Source: Treponema sp.
GTDB lineage: Bacteria > Spirochaetota > Spirochaetia > Treponematales > Treponemataceae
Assembly: GCA_024680155.1 (NCBI GenBank)
Contig: JAILCM010000181.1
Location: forward strand, 902 to 64,901
DNA: 64,000 nt
Direction of reading: 5' to 3'
Shown: in pieces, positions 19,539 to 30,608 of the stretch
How the letters are laid out: each line of letters opens with the position of its first letter
How positions within the stretch are numbered: the first letter of the stretch is position 1
Position numbers and translations under genes: made by a program
The notes under the pieces: generated by a model
Database searches by the model: none
What the model was told of the DNA's origin: nothing
Seen by the model: the letters and a program-made list of their open reading frames with translations, nothing else

Positions 19539-21083
19539 TTACTGCCTTAAAGCTTCCAGAATTGCATCAAGCTCGGCATTAAGTTGAAGAAGTTCGCTTC
19601 TATTTACTGCTTCTCCACTTTCTTCCAAAGCGGCAATTCTATTTAAAAGATTCTGTATATACTCATCCGAAAGCTGATATTTTGAAGGTGCTGCAACATC
19701 AAATTTTACATCAGATTTTGGATTATAAATATTCTGTTCGTAAGAAGGAGTTTCTTTTGCTTTTAAAACTTCAACTTCGGCAGGAGGAAGCTTAAATTCA
19801 TCCTGAGCATCTTTATTCTGAAATTTTACACTCGAAGCATCAGCAAGTCCTTCATCCCTGTTTTTCTGAGCTTCATCATGGAAATCATAAGTTTTCTTTT
19901 CTGTTTCCTGCTGTTTAGGCTCATTAAAAATAAACGGATTTTCAGGGAATTCCGGCTGAATCACTTTACGATCTGGCAAAGATTCATTTTTTGAAGCAAT
20001 TTTATCATTTTTATTATTTTCTGCGGCATAAACAAACTGTTCACCAGCAGGTTTATTATCACCTGTAGAAAATGCAAGATAAAATATTGATGATTTTTTT
20101 TCTGTAGAAGCAATTTTAGCATCTGGCCAAATTATACAAACTGCAGAGTTATTATAGGAAAGAACTGTATCAAAAGCTCTGTACGAAAGCATATCAGGTT
20201 CCCAGGTTGTATTCTGGAAAGTTCCAAGATTTCCGAGTGCAAAAAGAGTAGGTGTTGTTGTATCAGCCCCGTAAGGTAAAATTTGCATGGTAGCATTACC
20301 ATTTCTGGAAACAAACCATTTTTCATCATCAACAGTTCTAAGTCCAAGCTCATTTCTTACAGGATTATTCTCGTTGTCGTAAAAATGATGACGGTCAATT
20401 TCACCAAGAACAGTATCAAGAACAACTTTTAGCGCAAAATCACCTTTTTTGCTTCCTGTATTAATAACTTCCGAAGAAATTTTAAGCATATCAATATCAT
20501 TTTCTGGAATTGAACGCATTGCGGCAAACGAAACTTTTACATCTGCAACATTTGGAATTGAATAAGTTAAAAGAACAATTTTTTGGTCGTAATTAACTTC
20601 GGCACTGCATTTTACAGATGAATTTTCATTAAGTTTGTATATTTTTTTTCCGCATCTAAGATAAAACGAACTAGAAACATATTCATTTGCAGTTGCTAGA
20701 ACCGGAATTGATTTATCCATACTATTAGTTACAGAAATATTAAAAAGACCGTAATTTGGCTTTACTTTTATTCTGATAATTCCAAACGAAACATCAAGGT
20801 TTTTATTTTTTGCTTTTACCCAACCGTCATTTTCTTCAACTGGTTCTTCTTTAGGTTCTTCCTTTTTGGATTTTTTCTTTTTTTTGTCTTTTTTAGATTC
20901 TTCAACTTTTTCTGGAACTTCTTCCGGTGCAGTTTCAACCTGTTCAGCAAAAGCTACAGCATCAGGTTCGGCACCTTCTTCATATTCAACAATAGGAGCA
21001 TTAGTTGCACACGAAAACAAAAACAAAGCTCCAGCAAGCGAACAAAGAATTATATTTATTTTTTTGTTAATTTTCATAACCAA
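19539..21083 (-). CDS. Hypothetical lipoprotein
   Basis: Lipobox LFS-C, K/E-rich linker, beta-rich core. Confidence 0.65.
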   Translation of the reverse strand: MVMKINKKINIILCSLAGALFLFSCATNAPIVEYEEGAEPDAVAFAEQVETAPEEVPEKVEESKKDKKKKKSKKEEPKEEPVEENDGWVKAKNKNLDVSFGIIRIKVKPNYGLFNISVTNSMDKSIPVLATANEYVSSSFYLRCGKKIYKLNENSSVKCSAEVNYDQKIVLLTYSIPNVADVKVSFAAMRSIPENDIDMLKISSEVINTGSKKGDFALKVVLDTVLGEIDRHHFYDNENNPVRNELGLRTVDDEKWFVSRNGNATMQILPYGADTTTPTLFALGNLGTFQNTTWEPDMLSYRAFDTVLSYNNSAVCIIWPDAKIASTEKKSSIFYLAFSTGDNKPAGEQFVYAAENNKNDKIASKNESLPDRKVIQPEFPENPFIFNEPKQQETEKKTYDFHDEAQKNRDEGLADASSVKFQNKDAQDEFKLPPAEVEVLKAKETPSYEQNIYNPKSDVKFDVAAPSKYQLSDEYIQNLLNRIAALEESGEAVNRSELLQLNAELDAILEALRQ

Positions 21084-21110
21084 TTCTCCTATTCCATCAA
21101 TTCTACAAAA

Positions 21111-22052
21111 TTATTCAGCACCATTCTGGTCGTTTTTATCAATCATATACTGAATCTGAATAAGTTTAGCCTTTAAAAGAGCAAGAATTTCATCAGATGA
21201 TTCAAATTCCGTAACATCAGGAAGATTTGTTCCTCCAGAAGTCTTTTTCTTTCCAGCATCAGGTGGAAGTTTACCTCCGTTAGCCTTTAAAAGCGAAATC
21301 TGATCTTCCAATTCTTTTATCTGATCTTCCAATTCCTTGTTTTTCTGCTCGGAATTTTCCAATTTTTCGCGGGTGGTACTCAAGGTTTCGGAATTATACA
21401 TTTTAAGCTGACGTTCATAATCTTCTTTTGCAGAAAGATATTCTTCGCCAGTCTGTTTTAAAAGATAAAGAAGTTTTTCTTCGCGTGAACGCTGTGCAAT
21501 CGATTCAATTCTGAACTGAGCAGTAGGAGCTTTATCGCATTCCGGATAATCGGTGATAATTCTCTCGTAGATTGTTTCTGCTTCGTCGTATTTATATGCG
21601 GCATAAAGAGCTTCGGCAATGTAAAAAAGTGCGGAAGGATAAAGTTCGTCATTTTCGTACTGATGGCAAAAATCGCTGAATTCAATAATTGATTTTTCGT
21701 ATTCGCCAAGAGAAAACATTGCTTTGCCTTTCATGTATTTTACACGCGCGGTATAAAGATTTTCCGGGTAATTATTCAAGAAAAAGTCGCAGTCTGTAAG
21801 TGCAGATTCAAAGTCCTGAGCGTACATTTCGGCAGCAACAAGCATATAGTAAGTATCGGGTGTATCATTTACAGCATAGGCAGAAGCTTTTCTAAGCATG
21901 ATTACAGCAGAATTCCAGTCGCCGCTCGAAAAAGCCTTGCAGCCTTCAACAAAAGCAACGGTTCCAGAATCCTGAGCAAAAGCCCCGAAACCTTGTGCAG
22001 AAAAAAGTGCCAGCGCAGAGAGAAAAACTACTTTTTTTAAAAATGCGCGCAT
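21111..22052 (-). CDS. Exported TPR protein (BamD/CpoB-like) with coiled coil
   Basis: Signal peptide, TPRs with YP/YPE turns, C-terminal heptad repeats. Confidence 0.7.
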   Translation of the reverse strand: MRAFLKKVVFLSALALFSAQGFGAFAQDSGTVAFVEGCKAFSSGDWNSAVIMLRKASAYAVNDTPDTYYMLVAAEMYAQDFESALTDCDFFLNNYPENLYTARVKYMKGKAMFSLGEYEKSIIEFSDFCHQYENDELYPSALFYIAEALYAAYKYDEAETIYERIITDYPECDKAPTAQFRIESIAQRSREEKLLYLLKQTGEEYLSAKEDYERQLKMYNSETLSTTREKLENSEQKNKELEDQIKELEDQISLLKANGGKLPPDAGKKKTSGGTNLPDVTEFESSDEILALLKAKLIQIQYMIDKNDQNGAE

Positions 22053-22064
22053 CCAAAAACCTCT

Positions 22065-22700
22065 CTATTCACATTTCCAGTTCAAACTGCCGTCAAAGAA
22101 AGCCGAACCCGATACTACAATATCAGTTCCTGCATCTAAAACAGAATCCAGAGTTTTGGAATTAACTCCACCGTCTACAGAAATTTTATAGGAATATCCC
22201 TTTTCTTCCCGTATTTTTTTAAGTTCACGAACTTTTTCTACACAGGAAGGAATAATTTTCTGTCCGCCCCACCCCGGATTCACAGTCATTACTAATATAA
22301 TATCGGCACATTCCAGAATTTCCGACAAAATTGAAACAGGAGTAGCAGGACAAATTGCAACTCCGGCCTTTTTACCAAGTTCGTGAATATATTGAATTAC
22401 GCGGTGTGTGTGATTTGTTGCTTCGTAGTGGAAAGTAATCCAGTCGGCTCCAGCTTTTGCAAAACTTTCTACATGAAGTTCAGGCTTTTCAACCATAAGA
22501 TGAACATCAAAGGCAAGCTTTGTAAGAGGACGAACAGAGCGGATTACAGGCTCTCCATAAGTAATTTCCGGCACAAAAGAACCGTCCATAACATCAATAT
22601 GAACTGCAGAACCAGAATCATTTTCTATTTTTTTAATTGCCGCTCCAAGATTAGAAAAATCTGCGGACAGCAAAGATGGTGCTAAAATTGGTGTTTTCAT
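22065..22700 (-). CDS. rpe: Ribulose-phosphate 3-epimerase
   Basis: APSLLSADF, HIDVMDG, DVHLMV, MTVNPGWGGQ, VDGG. Promoter TTGTAA-17-TATAAT lies just upstream. Confidence 0.96.
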   Translation of the reverse strand: MKTPILAPSLLSADFSNLGAAIKKIENDSGSAVHIDVMDGSFVPEITYGEPVIRSVRPLTKLAFDVHLMVEKPELHVESFAKAGADWITFHYEATNHTHRVIQYIHELGKKAGVAICPATPVSILSEILECADIILVMTVNPGWGGQKIIPSCVEKVRELKKIREEKGYSYKISVDGGVNSKTLDSVLDAGTDIVVSGSAFFDGSLNWKCE

Positions 22701-22855
22701 TTGCAAATATTATAGTTGTATTTTGTTCATTTTACAATAAGACAAATTCAATATATAAAACAAAACTAAAACCTCATTCAGAAAACGGACATATATAACA
22801 ATAAATTCAGAATATCCGTTTTGCCCATGCGAAAAATTAAGTTATAATATTTTTT

Positions 22856-24109
22856 ATGCCAGATACAAATATCAAAGACGCATCAAATACAGAAAAATAC
22901 AAAAAAGAATTTTCTTCTGATGATAAGCTGATGCTTCTACTTGCAAAAGTTGTTTCTCTTACTATGTTTATGCTTGGAATGATAATGGCAGTTACAACCT
23001 ACATCGAAGGCAATAAAGCAATGATTATTGTAAGCCTTACGTACGGTCCTCTTTTTCTTTTATCACTCATCATTACTATAATTTCTAAAAAACCGACATT
23101 CTTTCTTATTTTAGGCTACACGCTCAGTTTCTTAATGGAAATGGTATTTTTAATAACAGGCGGCCAGGAAGGATTCGGCATTTTCTGGATGTGCATAATC
23201 ACGCTTTTTACATTTTTCTCTTCTCACAAGAGAATGTTTTTTATTGTAAATTCGCTTTATCTTCTTCTTATAATTCTTGGATTCTGGACACCGCTTTCTA
23301 AATTCTGCTATCAGTTTTCCGATACAATGCGGGTTCGTTTTCCGTTGCTTTTTATAATTGAATTTATTTTTACAACCATAATTAAGATTCGCTTTTCCAA
23401 AATCGAAACAAACCGAAACAATCTTTTTAAAAATCTGCTTGACCTCCAGAACAGTTTGCAGCAGCAGGTAGAAGAAAGAACAAAAGAACTTGAAAAAGAA
23501 AAAAATAATTCTGAAAAACTTTTGATTGAACTTACACAGGCACTAGCCACAACAATTGATGCAAAAGACACTTATACGAGCGGACATTCAAGACGAGTTG
23601 CCCAATATTCAAAAATGCTCGCGGCCGCTCTTGGTAAAGATGAAAAAGAACAGCAGGATATTTATCTTATTGCCCTCCTGCATGATATTGGAAAAATTGG
23701 AATTCCAGACTGGATTATAAACAAACGAGACTCACTTACAGAAGAAGAATATGCCGAAGTAAAAAAGCATCCCGAAATTGGCTATGAAATTCTAAAAAAC
23801 ATTACGATTTTGCCTAATCTTGGAACAGGAGTACGCTGGCACCACGAAAGAATGGACGGAAAAGGTTACCCGGATGGTCTTGACGGAGAAAAAATACCGG
23901 AATACGCAAGAATTATCAGTGTTGCAGACGCTTATGATGCAATGACCTCCAACCGCAGTTACCGTGAAGCTTTGCCTCAAAACGTTGTTCGTCAGGAAAT
24001 TGTAAAAGGTTCAGGTACTCAGTTTGCACCGGAAATTGCAGAAAAGATGATTGAAATTATAGATGCTGACACAGAATACAAACTGAAAGAACAGACGGAA
24101 TTAAAATAA
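22856..24109 (+). CDS. Membrane-anchored HD-GYP phosphodiesterase
   Basis: About six TM helices, a coiled coil, then HSRRV, LHDIGK, HHERMDGKGYP, DAYDAM. Confidence 0.9.
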   Translation: MPDTNIKDASNTEKYKKEFSSDDKLMLLLAKVVSLTMFMLGMIMAVTTYIEGNKAMIIVSLTYGPLFLLSLIITIISKKPTFFLILGYTLSFLMEMVFLITGGQEGFGIFWMCIITLFTFFSSHKRMFFIVNSLYLLLIILGFWTPLSKFCYQFSDTMRVRFPLLFIIEFIFTTIIKIRFSKIETNRNNLFKNLLDLQNSLQQQVEERTKELEKEKNNSEKLLIELTQALATTIDAKDTYTSGHSRRVAQYSKMLAAALGKDEKEQQDIYLIALLHDIGKIGIPDWIINKRDSLTEEEYAEVKKHPEIGYEILKNITILPNLGTGVRWHHERMDGKGYPDGLDGEKIPEYARIISVADAYDAMTSNRSYREALPQNVVRQEIVKGSGTQFAPEIAEKMIEIIDADTEYKLKEQTELK

Positions 24110-24256
24110 AAGCTGTCAATACTAATAATAAAATATTTCTAAAAAAAAAACTTGACAGATAAGGGGAATAGGTGTATAAATCTTGCCCCAATTTTTCTAA
24201 AATTTTATAAAATGATTGACTTAAATCCCCAATCTCTTATATATTTTACTTAGGCT

Positions 24257-25189
24257 ATGGATATTCAGACTGAAACCGAGTTAAAAGAGGCTCTCAAACA
24301 GCTTGAGGCGGGAAATCCGTCTGGTGCGTATGAAATTACAAGCAAACTGTTTGAACGCGACTTGGAAAGCAAAGAGCTTAGCTACACGAACCGCTGCTGC
24401 ATTTTCTGGATAGACATTTCAAACAGAATCAGTAAAATCAGTGATTCTTTTGAACAGGGCGAACGAATTCTTTACGAATGGAAGGCATTCCAGTCATTTA
24501 TTTCAAGAGAAAAGTTCGTTTATGAACCGGCCCTATACAGTATGCAAAAAGGATTTTTTACAAAGGCACTTGCGCATTACAACAAATTCCTTGATGAAAA
24601 AGATCCTTTAAGAAGGGCTGAAAATTATAAAAAAGCGGGAATCTGTTATAAGAAACTCGGAAACTTTGAAAATGCAAGGTACTGTCTTTCCGAAGCAAAC
24701 GACATCTACCCTAATCTTGCACCGGTACTTGCCGAACTTGCAGACTGTTATTCACTTTGCGGAGAAGATAAATACGGAAAAGTGCTTTTTCGGGAAGCAT
24801 TTTTTCTTGCACCAGAAAGTATAGACATTGACTTTTTGGATTCAGAGCTTATCAAATGTCTTATAAATAAAACATCCGCAAAAGGATATTCAGGAAGAAT
24901 TCTTCTTAACTGGATTCCTGTTTACGGAGTACTTGGAGGAGTATTCAACGTAAGAAGGGAACTGAATTCTCAGGAAGTTGGACGACTAAAACAAAGCATT
25001 TATGCAATGGAAAATGAATACAAAGATCCATCTTGCAATGCAGAAGTCCTTACCCCTCGCCTGTTGAATTATTATTTTTGGCTCATTGACCATTACGTGC
25101 TTACACACGAGAATGTAACAAAAATCAATGAGGTTTTGCTTAAAATTAAAATTTTGGATTCATCTATCTACGAAATGTACGTTAAATGA
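24257..25189 (+). CDS. TPR-containing protein upstream of greA
   Basis: TPR pattern (AGICYKKLGNFENARYCLSEA). Apparently co-transcribed with greA. Confidence 0.7.
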   Translation: MDIQTETELKEALKQLEAGNPSGAYEITSKLFERDLESKELSYTNRCCIFWIDISNRISKISDSFEQGERILYEWKAFQSFISREKFVYEPALYSMQKGFFTKALAHYNKFLDEKDPLRRAENYKKAGICYKKLGNFENARYCLSEANDIYPNLAPVLAELADCYSLCGEDKYGKVLFREAFFLAPESIDIDFLDSELIKCLINKTSAKGYSGRILLNWIPVYGVLGGVFNVRRELNSQEVGRLKQSIYAMENEYKDPSCNAEVLTPRLLNYYFWLIDHYVLTHENVTKINEVLLKIKILDSSIYEMYVK

Positions 25190-25249
25190 TTTATCTATTT
25201 TGAAAATTTTATTCCGCTCGGTAACGGAATTCTTATAGGAGTCAGAAAA

Positions 25250-27976
25250 ATGGCAGAAAATTTGGTTCAATCAGTTCAGGAAATGCTGAAAGAAGAAACA
25301 TGGACAAGAGCAACTATCAGCAACTACACACAGAACAATCTTAAGGAATTGTCAGAAATCGTAGAAAAAGCACATCAGGAAAATTGTGTAAAAGAAATTC
25401 TTGAAATTTGTGATGAGCATCTTTCTCATACAAAAGACAGTATCATTGCTCTTTATCTTTCGGGAATTCTTTCTTTGCAGAATGGAGCCCTTGATAATTC
25501 AGCTTTGGAAACTTTTGTAGACATTTTCCAGAAAAACCATAAGGAAGCCGTTGTAAAATATCTTTGTGAAGGTATTCTCGAAGATGATCCAAACAACAAA
25601 TTTGCACTCAGAACTTTGGCTGCTTGCTATCTCGCAGAAAACAATCCTAAAGTTTGGGATTTGTACATAACACTTGTACGCATTGATTTTTCTGAAGCAG
25701 GACTTGCAAAAACTCTCGCTGAACATTTTGAAGCAGAAGGTGACACAGAAACTGCAATTGAATACTACAAAAAAGCAATTTTGCGCTATGTAAACGGAGC
25801 CAACTACACTTCAAGCAAGGAAATCTGGTCAAAACTCGTTCATTTTATTCCAGAACAGATTGATTTCTTCCAGCTCATCCGCAGAAAGATGGCAAAAACC
25901 TTTGGCGAAATCAAAACAACAATCCTTATGCAGGAACTTTACACATGGTATAAGGATAATGCAGAAGCTGAACCTTCAAGATGGGACATTGCTATTGATA
26001 TTCTTAAACAGAATCTTGAAATTGAACCAAAAGATACCTGGGCAAGAAAAGAACTTGCAGACTGTTACCGCGGAAAATATAAGAATCATTCACATCTTGA
26101 AGATTACATCAAATCATCTAACCTTACACAGTCTTACCGAAACGTTTTTGAAGCAATTAACGACTTTGAAAAACACATTGCATTCGATAAAGGAAGCTTT
26201 GTATTCCACAGAAACTGGGGCGTTGGTATTATCCGCAAACTTCAGAACGATACACTTACTATCAACTTTGGAAAACCAGCTGGAATTCGTGAAATGTCGC
26301 TCAAAATGGCAGTTACAGCATTAAAACCTCTTTCAAAAGAGCACATCTGGGTTCTTAAAGCACTTGGTTCAGTTGATGTTGACGGTAAAAAAGTTCCACT
26401 TGCACAGAAAGTTAAACAGGATAAAGAATGGACACTCAAAACAATCATCAAGAGTTTTGATAACAACTGCGACCTTAAAAGAATTAAAGCAGAACTTGTT
26501 CCTTCTATTCTTACAACTGGCGAATGGACAACATGGAACTCTGCCGCTAAAAAAGAACTTGAATCAAATGCAATTTTTGGCGTAAATCCAAACGACATTA
26601 ATATGTACACAGTTCGCGACAAGGAAATTACAGCTGAAGAAAAATTCTCAAATGAATTCAAAGCTCAGAAACAGTTCTTTGCTCGAATTGATATTTTGAT
26701 GAAATTCTTTAATAACGAAGAAGCTGACAAAACAAGTGAACTTTTTGACGAAATGTATTCTTACTTTACAGGTTACCTCAAGAACATTTCTAAAGTAAAT
26801 GAACAGGTTCTTGCTTCTTACCTTGTTGTAAAACACATTGGTGCAATCGACAAACAGTTTGCATTCCCTGTAAAAGAAACTTTCGCAGACATTTACAGAA
26901 GAATTGAAAATCCTCGCGAAATTTACGATTTGCTCAAAGATACAAAAAATACATCTCTCAAACGCGATTTCCTTACTTACATCAAAATGCTTCCTAACTG
27001 GAGCGAAGAATATATCCGCTTGTTCCCAACTGTACTTGATATGAGTTTGCTCGATACTCTTGTAAAAGAAGGACACACAGCTGATATTCAGAAACTTGTA
27101 CGCACAAGCTTTGAAGCATTTAAAGATTACAGAGATACAGTTTTATTCTTCTTTAAGGAATGCCAGGAAAAAGACTGGTACAAAGAAGCTGGCGTAACTT
27201 ACGAAAAACAGCTTATCACACTTATTAACATAATTGAACTTACATTCCGCGAAATTAACAACCACGTTAATTCAACTGAAAACAAAAAAATCAACAAAAT
27301 TGCAACTACCCTTCTTAGCCAGGATCAGGCTTTCAACTTTATGTTTGCCGGTGACGAACCAATGGCTAAAAAGATGTACACACTCGTTGATGATATTCCA
27401 GAATTTGATCCAACATTCAAATCTAAGGCTCGAAACAAGATTCTTGAAAAATTCCCAGACTTTAAGTTTAGAGTTTCTGAAGAAAAGAAAGTTCAGCCTA
27501 GAGGTATGATTGTTACTGCTAAAAAACTTGAAGAAAAGAAAGCTGAAGCAGACAGAATTCAGAATGTTGAACTTCCTGCAAATGCAAAAGATGTTGCAGA
27601 TGCACGTGCTAAGGGTGACTTAAAAGAAAATGCTGAATACAAGGCAGCAAGAGAGCAGCAGCACTACTTGAACCTTACTCTTACAAAACTTCAGGAAGAA
27701 ATCAACCGCGCAGAAGTATTCGATCCAACTACAATTACAACATCTGTTGTTTCATTTGCAACTTTGGTTACACTTACAAACAACGAAACAGGAAAAGATG
27801 AAGAATACACAATTCTTGGACCATGGGAATCTGATCCGGACAACAACATTATTTCTTACATGTCTCCATTCGGAAATGCAATCATGGACAAAAAAGCTGG
27901 AACTTCTGTTCAGTTTACAATCAACGAACACAAATACAGCTACACAATTAAGGCTATTAAAAAAGCTAACGTGTAA
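25250..27976 (+). CDS. greA: Transcription elongation factor GreA, long spirochete-type form
   Basis: C-terminal ARAKGDLKENAEYKAA and ISYMSPFG GreA motifs after a ~750-aa helical N-terminal extension. Confidence 0.93.
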   Translation: MAENLVQSVQEMLKEETWTRATISNYTQNNLKELSEIVEKAHQENCVKEILEICDEHLSHTKDSIIALYLSGILSLQNGALDNSALETFVDIFQKNHKEAVVKYLCEGILEDDPNNKFALRTLAACYLAENNPKVWDLYITLVRIDFSEAGLAKTLAEHFEAEGDTETAIEYYKKAILRYVNGANYTSSKEIWSKLVHFIPEQIDFFQLIRRKMAKTFGEIKTTILMQELYTWYKDNAEAEPSRWDIAIDILKQNLEIEPKDTWARKELADCYRGKYKNHSHLEDYIKSSNLTQSYRNVFEAINDFEKHIAFDKGSFVFHRNWGVGIIRKLQNDTLTINFGKPAGIREMSLKMAVTALKPLSKEHIWVLKALGSVDVDGKKVPLAQKVKQDKEWTLKTIIKSFDNNCDLKRIKAELVPSILTTGEWTTWNSAAKKELESNAIFGVNPNDINMYTVRDKEITAEEKFSNEFKAQKQFFARIDILMKFFNNEEADKTSELFDEMYSYFTGYLKNISKVNEQVLASYLVVKHIGAIDKQFAFPVKETFADIYRRIENPREIYDLLKDTKNTSLKRDFLTYIKMLPNWSEEYIRLFPTVLDMSLLDTLVKEGHTADIQKLVRTSFEAFKDYRDTVLFFFKECQEKDWYKEAGVTYEKQLITLINIIELTFREINNHVNSTENKKINKIATTLLSQDQAFNFMFAGDEPMAKKMYTLVDDIPEFDPTFKSKARNKILEKFPDFKFRVSEEKKVQPRGMIVTAKKLEEKKAEADRIQNVELPANAKDVADARAKGDLKENAEYKAAREQQHYLNLTLTKLQEEINRAEVFDPTTITTSVVSFATLVTLTNNETGKDEEYTILGPWESDPDNNIISYMSPFGNAIMDKKAGTSVQFTINEHKYSYTIKAIKKANV

Positions 27977-28010
27977 GAGCAATAATAGAGTCCGTATATA
28001 AATGGACTCT

Positions 28011-28063
28011 AAAAAAAAATCGTTCTGTTGGTGCTATTGGTACCGGCAGAACGATTTTTTTTT
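28011..28063. terminator. Bidirectional intrinsic terminator between greA and deoC
   Basis: A-tract-TCGTTCTGTTGGTGC-loop-GTACCGGCAGAACGA-T-tract between convergent genes. Confidence 0.8.
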
Positions 28064-28089
28064 ACAAAATTACTTGTAATACGTCCTTT

Positions 28090-28824
28090 TTACGAAAGCA
28101 TCACCTTATAATCTTCATCCCAATTTTCAATAATACTTACGCCGCTGGAAGTTCCAATTCTACTGGCTCCGGCTTCTAACATAGCAATTGCCATTTTTGC
28201 AGAACGAATTCCACCAGAAGCTTTAATTTTCATCGTACTTCCAACTGTTTTTCGCATTAAATTTACGTGATGTTCACTAGCTCCGTTTGGCAGAAGATTT
28301 CCATCAATTCCTTTTGGAGTTGCAAATCCTGTTGAAGTTTTTACAAAGTCTGCACCCGCTTTTTGGGCAGAAAGACAGGCATTTACAATCTGAGCATCTG
28401 TAAGAAGGCAAGTTTCAAGAATGACTTTTACAATTATTTTTTTGCCAAGTTTCTCACCTTCTTTGACAGCAACTTTTACAACCGCCGAAATATCAGAAGT
28501 TACAGCCGCAAACCGACCTTCTTTAGCAGCTCCAATATTTATTACCATATCAACTTCGTCTGCACCATTTTTTATTGCATCTTTAGTTTCTGCCGCTTTT
28601 ATTTTAGAAGAGTTGGCCCCCAAAGGAAATCCGATTACAGTACAAACTTTTACATCACAGTCAGCAAGTTCAGTTGCAGCAATTTTTACATAACAAGGAT
28701 TAACACAAACAGAAGCAAATCCATATTTTTTAGCTTCCAGACAAAGCTGAGCAATCTGTTTTTTTCCAGCCTCTGGAGCCAAAAGTGTGTGATCAATATA
28801 TGAAGCAATTTCTTTTAAAGTCAT
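28090..28824 (-). CDS. deoC: Deoxyribose-phosphate aldolase
   Basis: [40 protein letters not shown]. Confidence 0.96.
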   Translation of the reverse strand: MTLKEIASYIDHTLLAPEAGKKQIAQLCLEAKKYGFASVCVNPCYVKIAATELADCDVKVCTVIGFPLGANSSKIKAAETKDAIKNGADEVDMVINIGAAKEGRFAAVTSDISAVVKVAVKEGEKLGKKIIVKVILETCLLTDAQIVNACLSAQKAGADFVKTSTGFATPKGIDGNLLPNGASEHHVNLMRKTVGSTMKIKASGGIRSAKMAIAMLEAGASRIGTSSGVSIIENWDEDYKVMLS

Positions 28825-28935
28825 AATTTTATTATACGCACGATTTTTCCATTTTACAAGTTCTTTTACTTGAAGAATTACAATGAGTAATGTATTATAT
28901 CCAAAGTATATATATTTTTTTTATAGGAGAATAAC

Positions 28936-29106
28936 ATGGCATTTAAAATTAATGACCAGTGTGTAAATTGCGGAACTTGTGAGCCAGACTGCCCAGTTGG
29001 AGCAATTTCTGAACAGAACGACAAAAGAGTAATTGATGCAGACAAATGTATCAGTTGTGGATCTTGTGCAGCAGAATGTCCTGCAGAAGCCATCATTGAA
29101 GAATAA
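28936..29106 (+). CDS. 2[4Fe-4S] ferredoxin, 56 aa (below the ORF-track cut-off)
   Basis: MAFKINDQCVNCGTCEPDCPVGAISEQNDKRVIDADKCISCGSCAAECPAEAIIEE* has two CxxCxxCxxxCP motifs. AGGAGA SD present. Confidence 0.95.
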   Translation: MAFKINDQCVNCGTCEPDCPVGAISEQNDKRVIDADKCISCGSCAAECPAEAIIEE

Positions 29107-29125
29107 GCATTTTTGCGTTTTGCTT

Positions 29126-29175
29126 AAACAGGTTTCTGATATACAAAAGTATACACAGAAGCCTGTTTTTTTTTT
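29126..29175 (+). terminator. Intrinsic terminator after the ferredoxin gene
   Basis: AAACAGGTTTCTG...CAGAAGCCTGTTT plus a T run. Confidence 0.7.
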
Positions 29176-29245
29176 ACTTTTCTAAATTTTTGTGATTTTT
29201 TAGGAAACAAGTATAAAATAAAATTCATATATAGTTGGTATTAGT

Positions 29246-29647
29246 ATGGAAAATAAAAATCGTTCAGGAGCACAGAGACATTTTGGTTCTGTAATAAGAC
29301 TTTTTCTTTTGATTGCGCTTTGCGTTGCTTCTTCACTTATTCTAGTATGGCCTTTGTGGAAATTTTCAACATCATTTCCAAAAGTTTACACGGTGATTGT
29401 TCTTGCACTTATTGGTGGAGCGGCAATATTTTTTGCAGTAAAGAAAATCATTAAAAGCGATAAAATTTCCGTAATTCGATTTTTTGTTAATTTGATTTTA
29501 ATTGCCCTCACCATTATATTATGCGTCAGCTTTATTCTTGGTGGAAACAGACTTTTGGGATTAATCATATTTTTGGCAGGAATCGCTTTAGAAATTCTTG
29601 CAAACATCATTTTTTCAAAAATTTCGCAGGCAAAAAACAGGAGCTAA
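29246..29647 (+). CDS. Small four-TM membrane protein
   Basis: Four hydrophobic segments. Confidence 0.7.
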   Translation: MENKNRSGAQRHFGSVIRLFLLIALCVASSLILVWPLWKFSTSFPKVYTVIVLALIGGAAIFFAVKKIIKSDKISVIRFFVNLILIALTIILCVSFILGGNRLLGLIIFLAGIALEILANIIFSKISQAKNRS

Positions 29648-29657
29648 AAATCAGGGC

Positions 29658-30608
29658 ATGAATAAAAAAACTTGGATTTTAACATTCATATTTTTTTCAC
29701 TTTTTACGACCATTTTTTGTCAGACGCCTGATGAAAAAACTTTGCCGCAGAAAATTGATTTTGAACGCCTTGTAGAAATCCCCGAACTTGAATCAAAAAA
29801 TCCGATTTTTAAAGAATATTCATTCATTGTAGAAGGAAATTACAAACTTTCGGCAGCCGGAAAAACCACCGAAAAACTGTTTTTCAAATATACAGTCAAA
29901 CAAAAAAGAAGCACAATCTTTACAATAGCCGCCCGCTGCAACATTCCTTATGACGCAATTGCAACTTTAAATGGCATGGAAAGTTCTGGCGACGAATTAC
30001 TTGGAAAAACGCTGGTTCTTCCAACAGTTCCAGGCATTTTTATAAAAAGAGACAATCCTCAGACTTCAATAGAAATTTTACTTCATGAAAACTACAACAA
30101 CGAAACCTTAACAAAAGAAAATATTTATTATATAATGGCTGACGACGTTTTTGTATTCCTTGAAAACAAACGTTTTACACCAACGGAACGGGCTTATTTT
30201 CTTGATTCCGCGCTAAGACTTCCGCTCGATAACGGCAGTTTTTCAATTTCGTCAGATTTTGGAAAAAGAAAAAATCCGTTTTCGGGAGAATGGAAAAATC
30301 ACAACGGAATAGATTTAGCGGCTCTAGAAGGAACTCCTGTTCATGCTATAAAAGATGGTTCTGCAGCGTACTGCTTTACCGGCGATGAAACTTTTGGAAA
30401 TTACGTCATCCTTTCTCACGACAAGGGAAAAATGACAAGTGTTTATGCGCATCTTTCAGAAATTAATGTTGATCAATATTCAACTGTAAAGAAAGGTGAT
30501 GTTATTGGTTATGTAGGACAAACTGGACTTGCAACAGGACCGCACCTGCATTTTGAAATACGGCAAGGGGGACAAGCCCTTAATCCAAGGGATAAACTGA
30601 ATTTTTAG
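29658..30608 (+). CDS. LysM plus M23 family metallopeptidase
   Basis: Signal peptide from MNKK, LysM-like YTVK..TIFTIA segment, HNGID, YAHL, TGPHLHFE. Confidence 0.9.
   Translation: MNKKTWILTFIFFSLFTTIFCQTPDEKTLPQKIDFERLVEIPELESKNPIFKEYSFIVEGNYKLSAAGKTTEKLFFKYTVKQKRSTIFTIAARCNIPYDAIATLNGMESSGDELLGKTLVLPTVPGIFIKRDNPQTSIEILLHENYNNETLTKENIYYIMADDVFVFLENKRFTPTERAYFLDSALRLPLDNGSFSISSDFGKRKNPFSGEWKNHNGIDLAALEGTPVHAIKDGSAAYCFTGDETFGNYVILSHDKGKMTSVYAHLSEINVDQYSTVKKGDVIGYVGQTGLATGPHLHFEIRQGGQALNPRDKLNF

Noticed and set aside
25250-27976. 908-aa GreA as a novel fusion
   Set aside because: Long GreA with a large N-terminal extension is an established feature of spirochetes and chlamydiae.
28878-29096. 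72-aa minus-strand ORF
   Set aside because: Antisense shadow of the ferredoxin gene.
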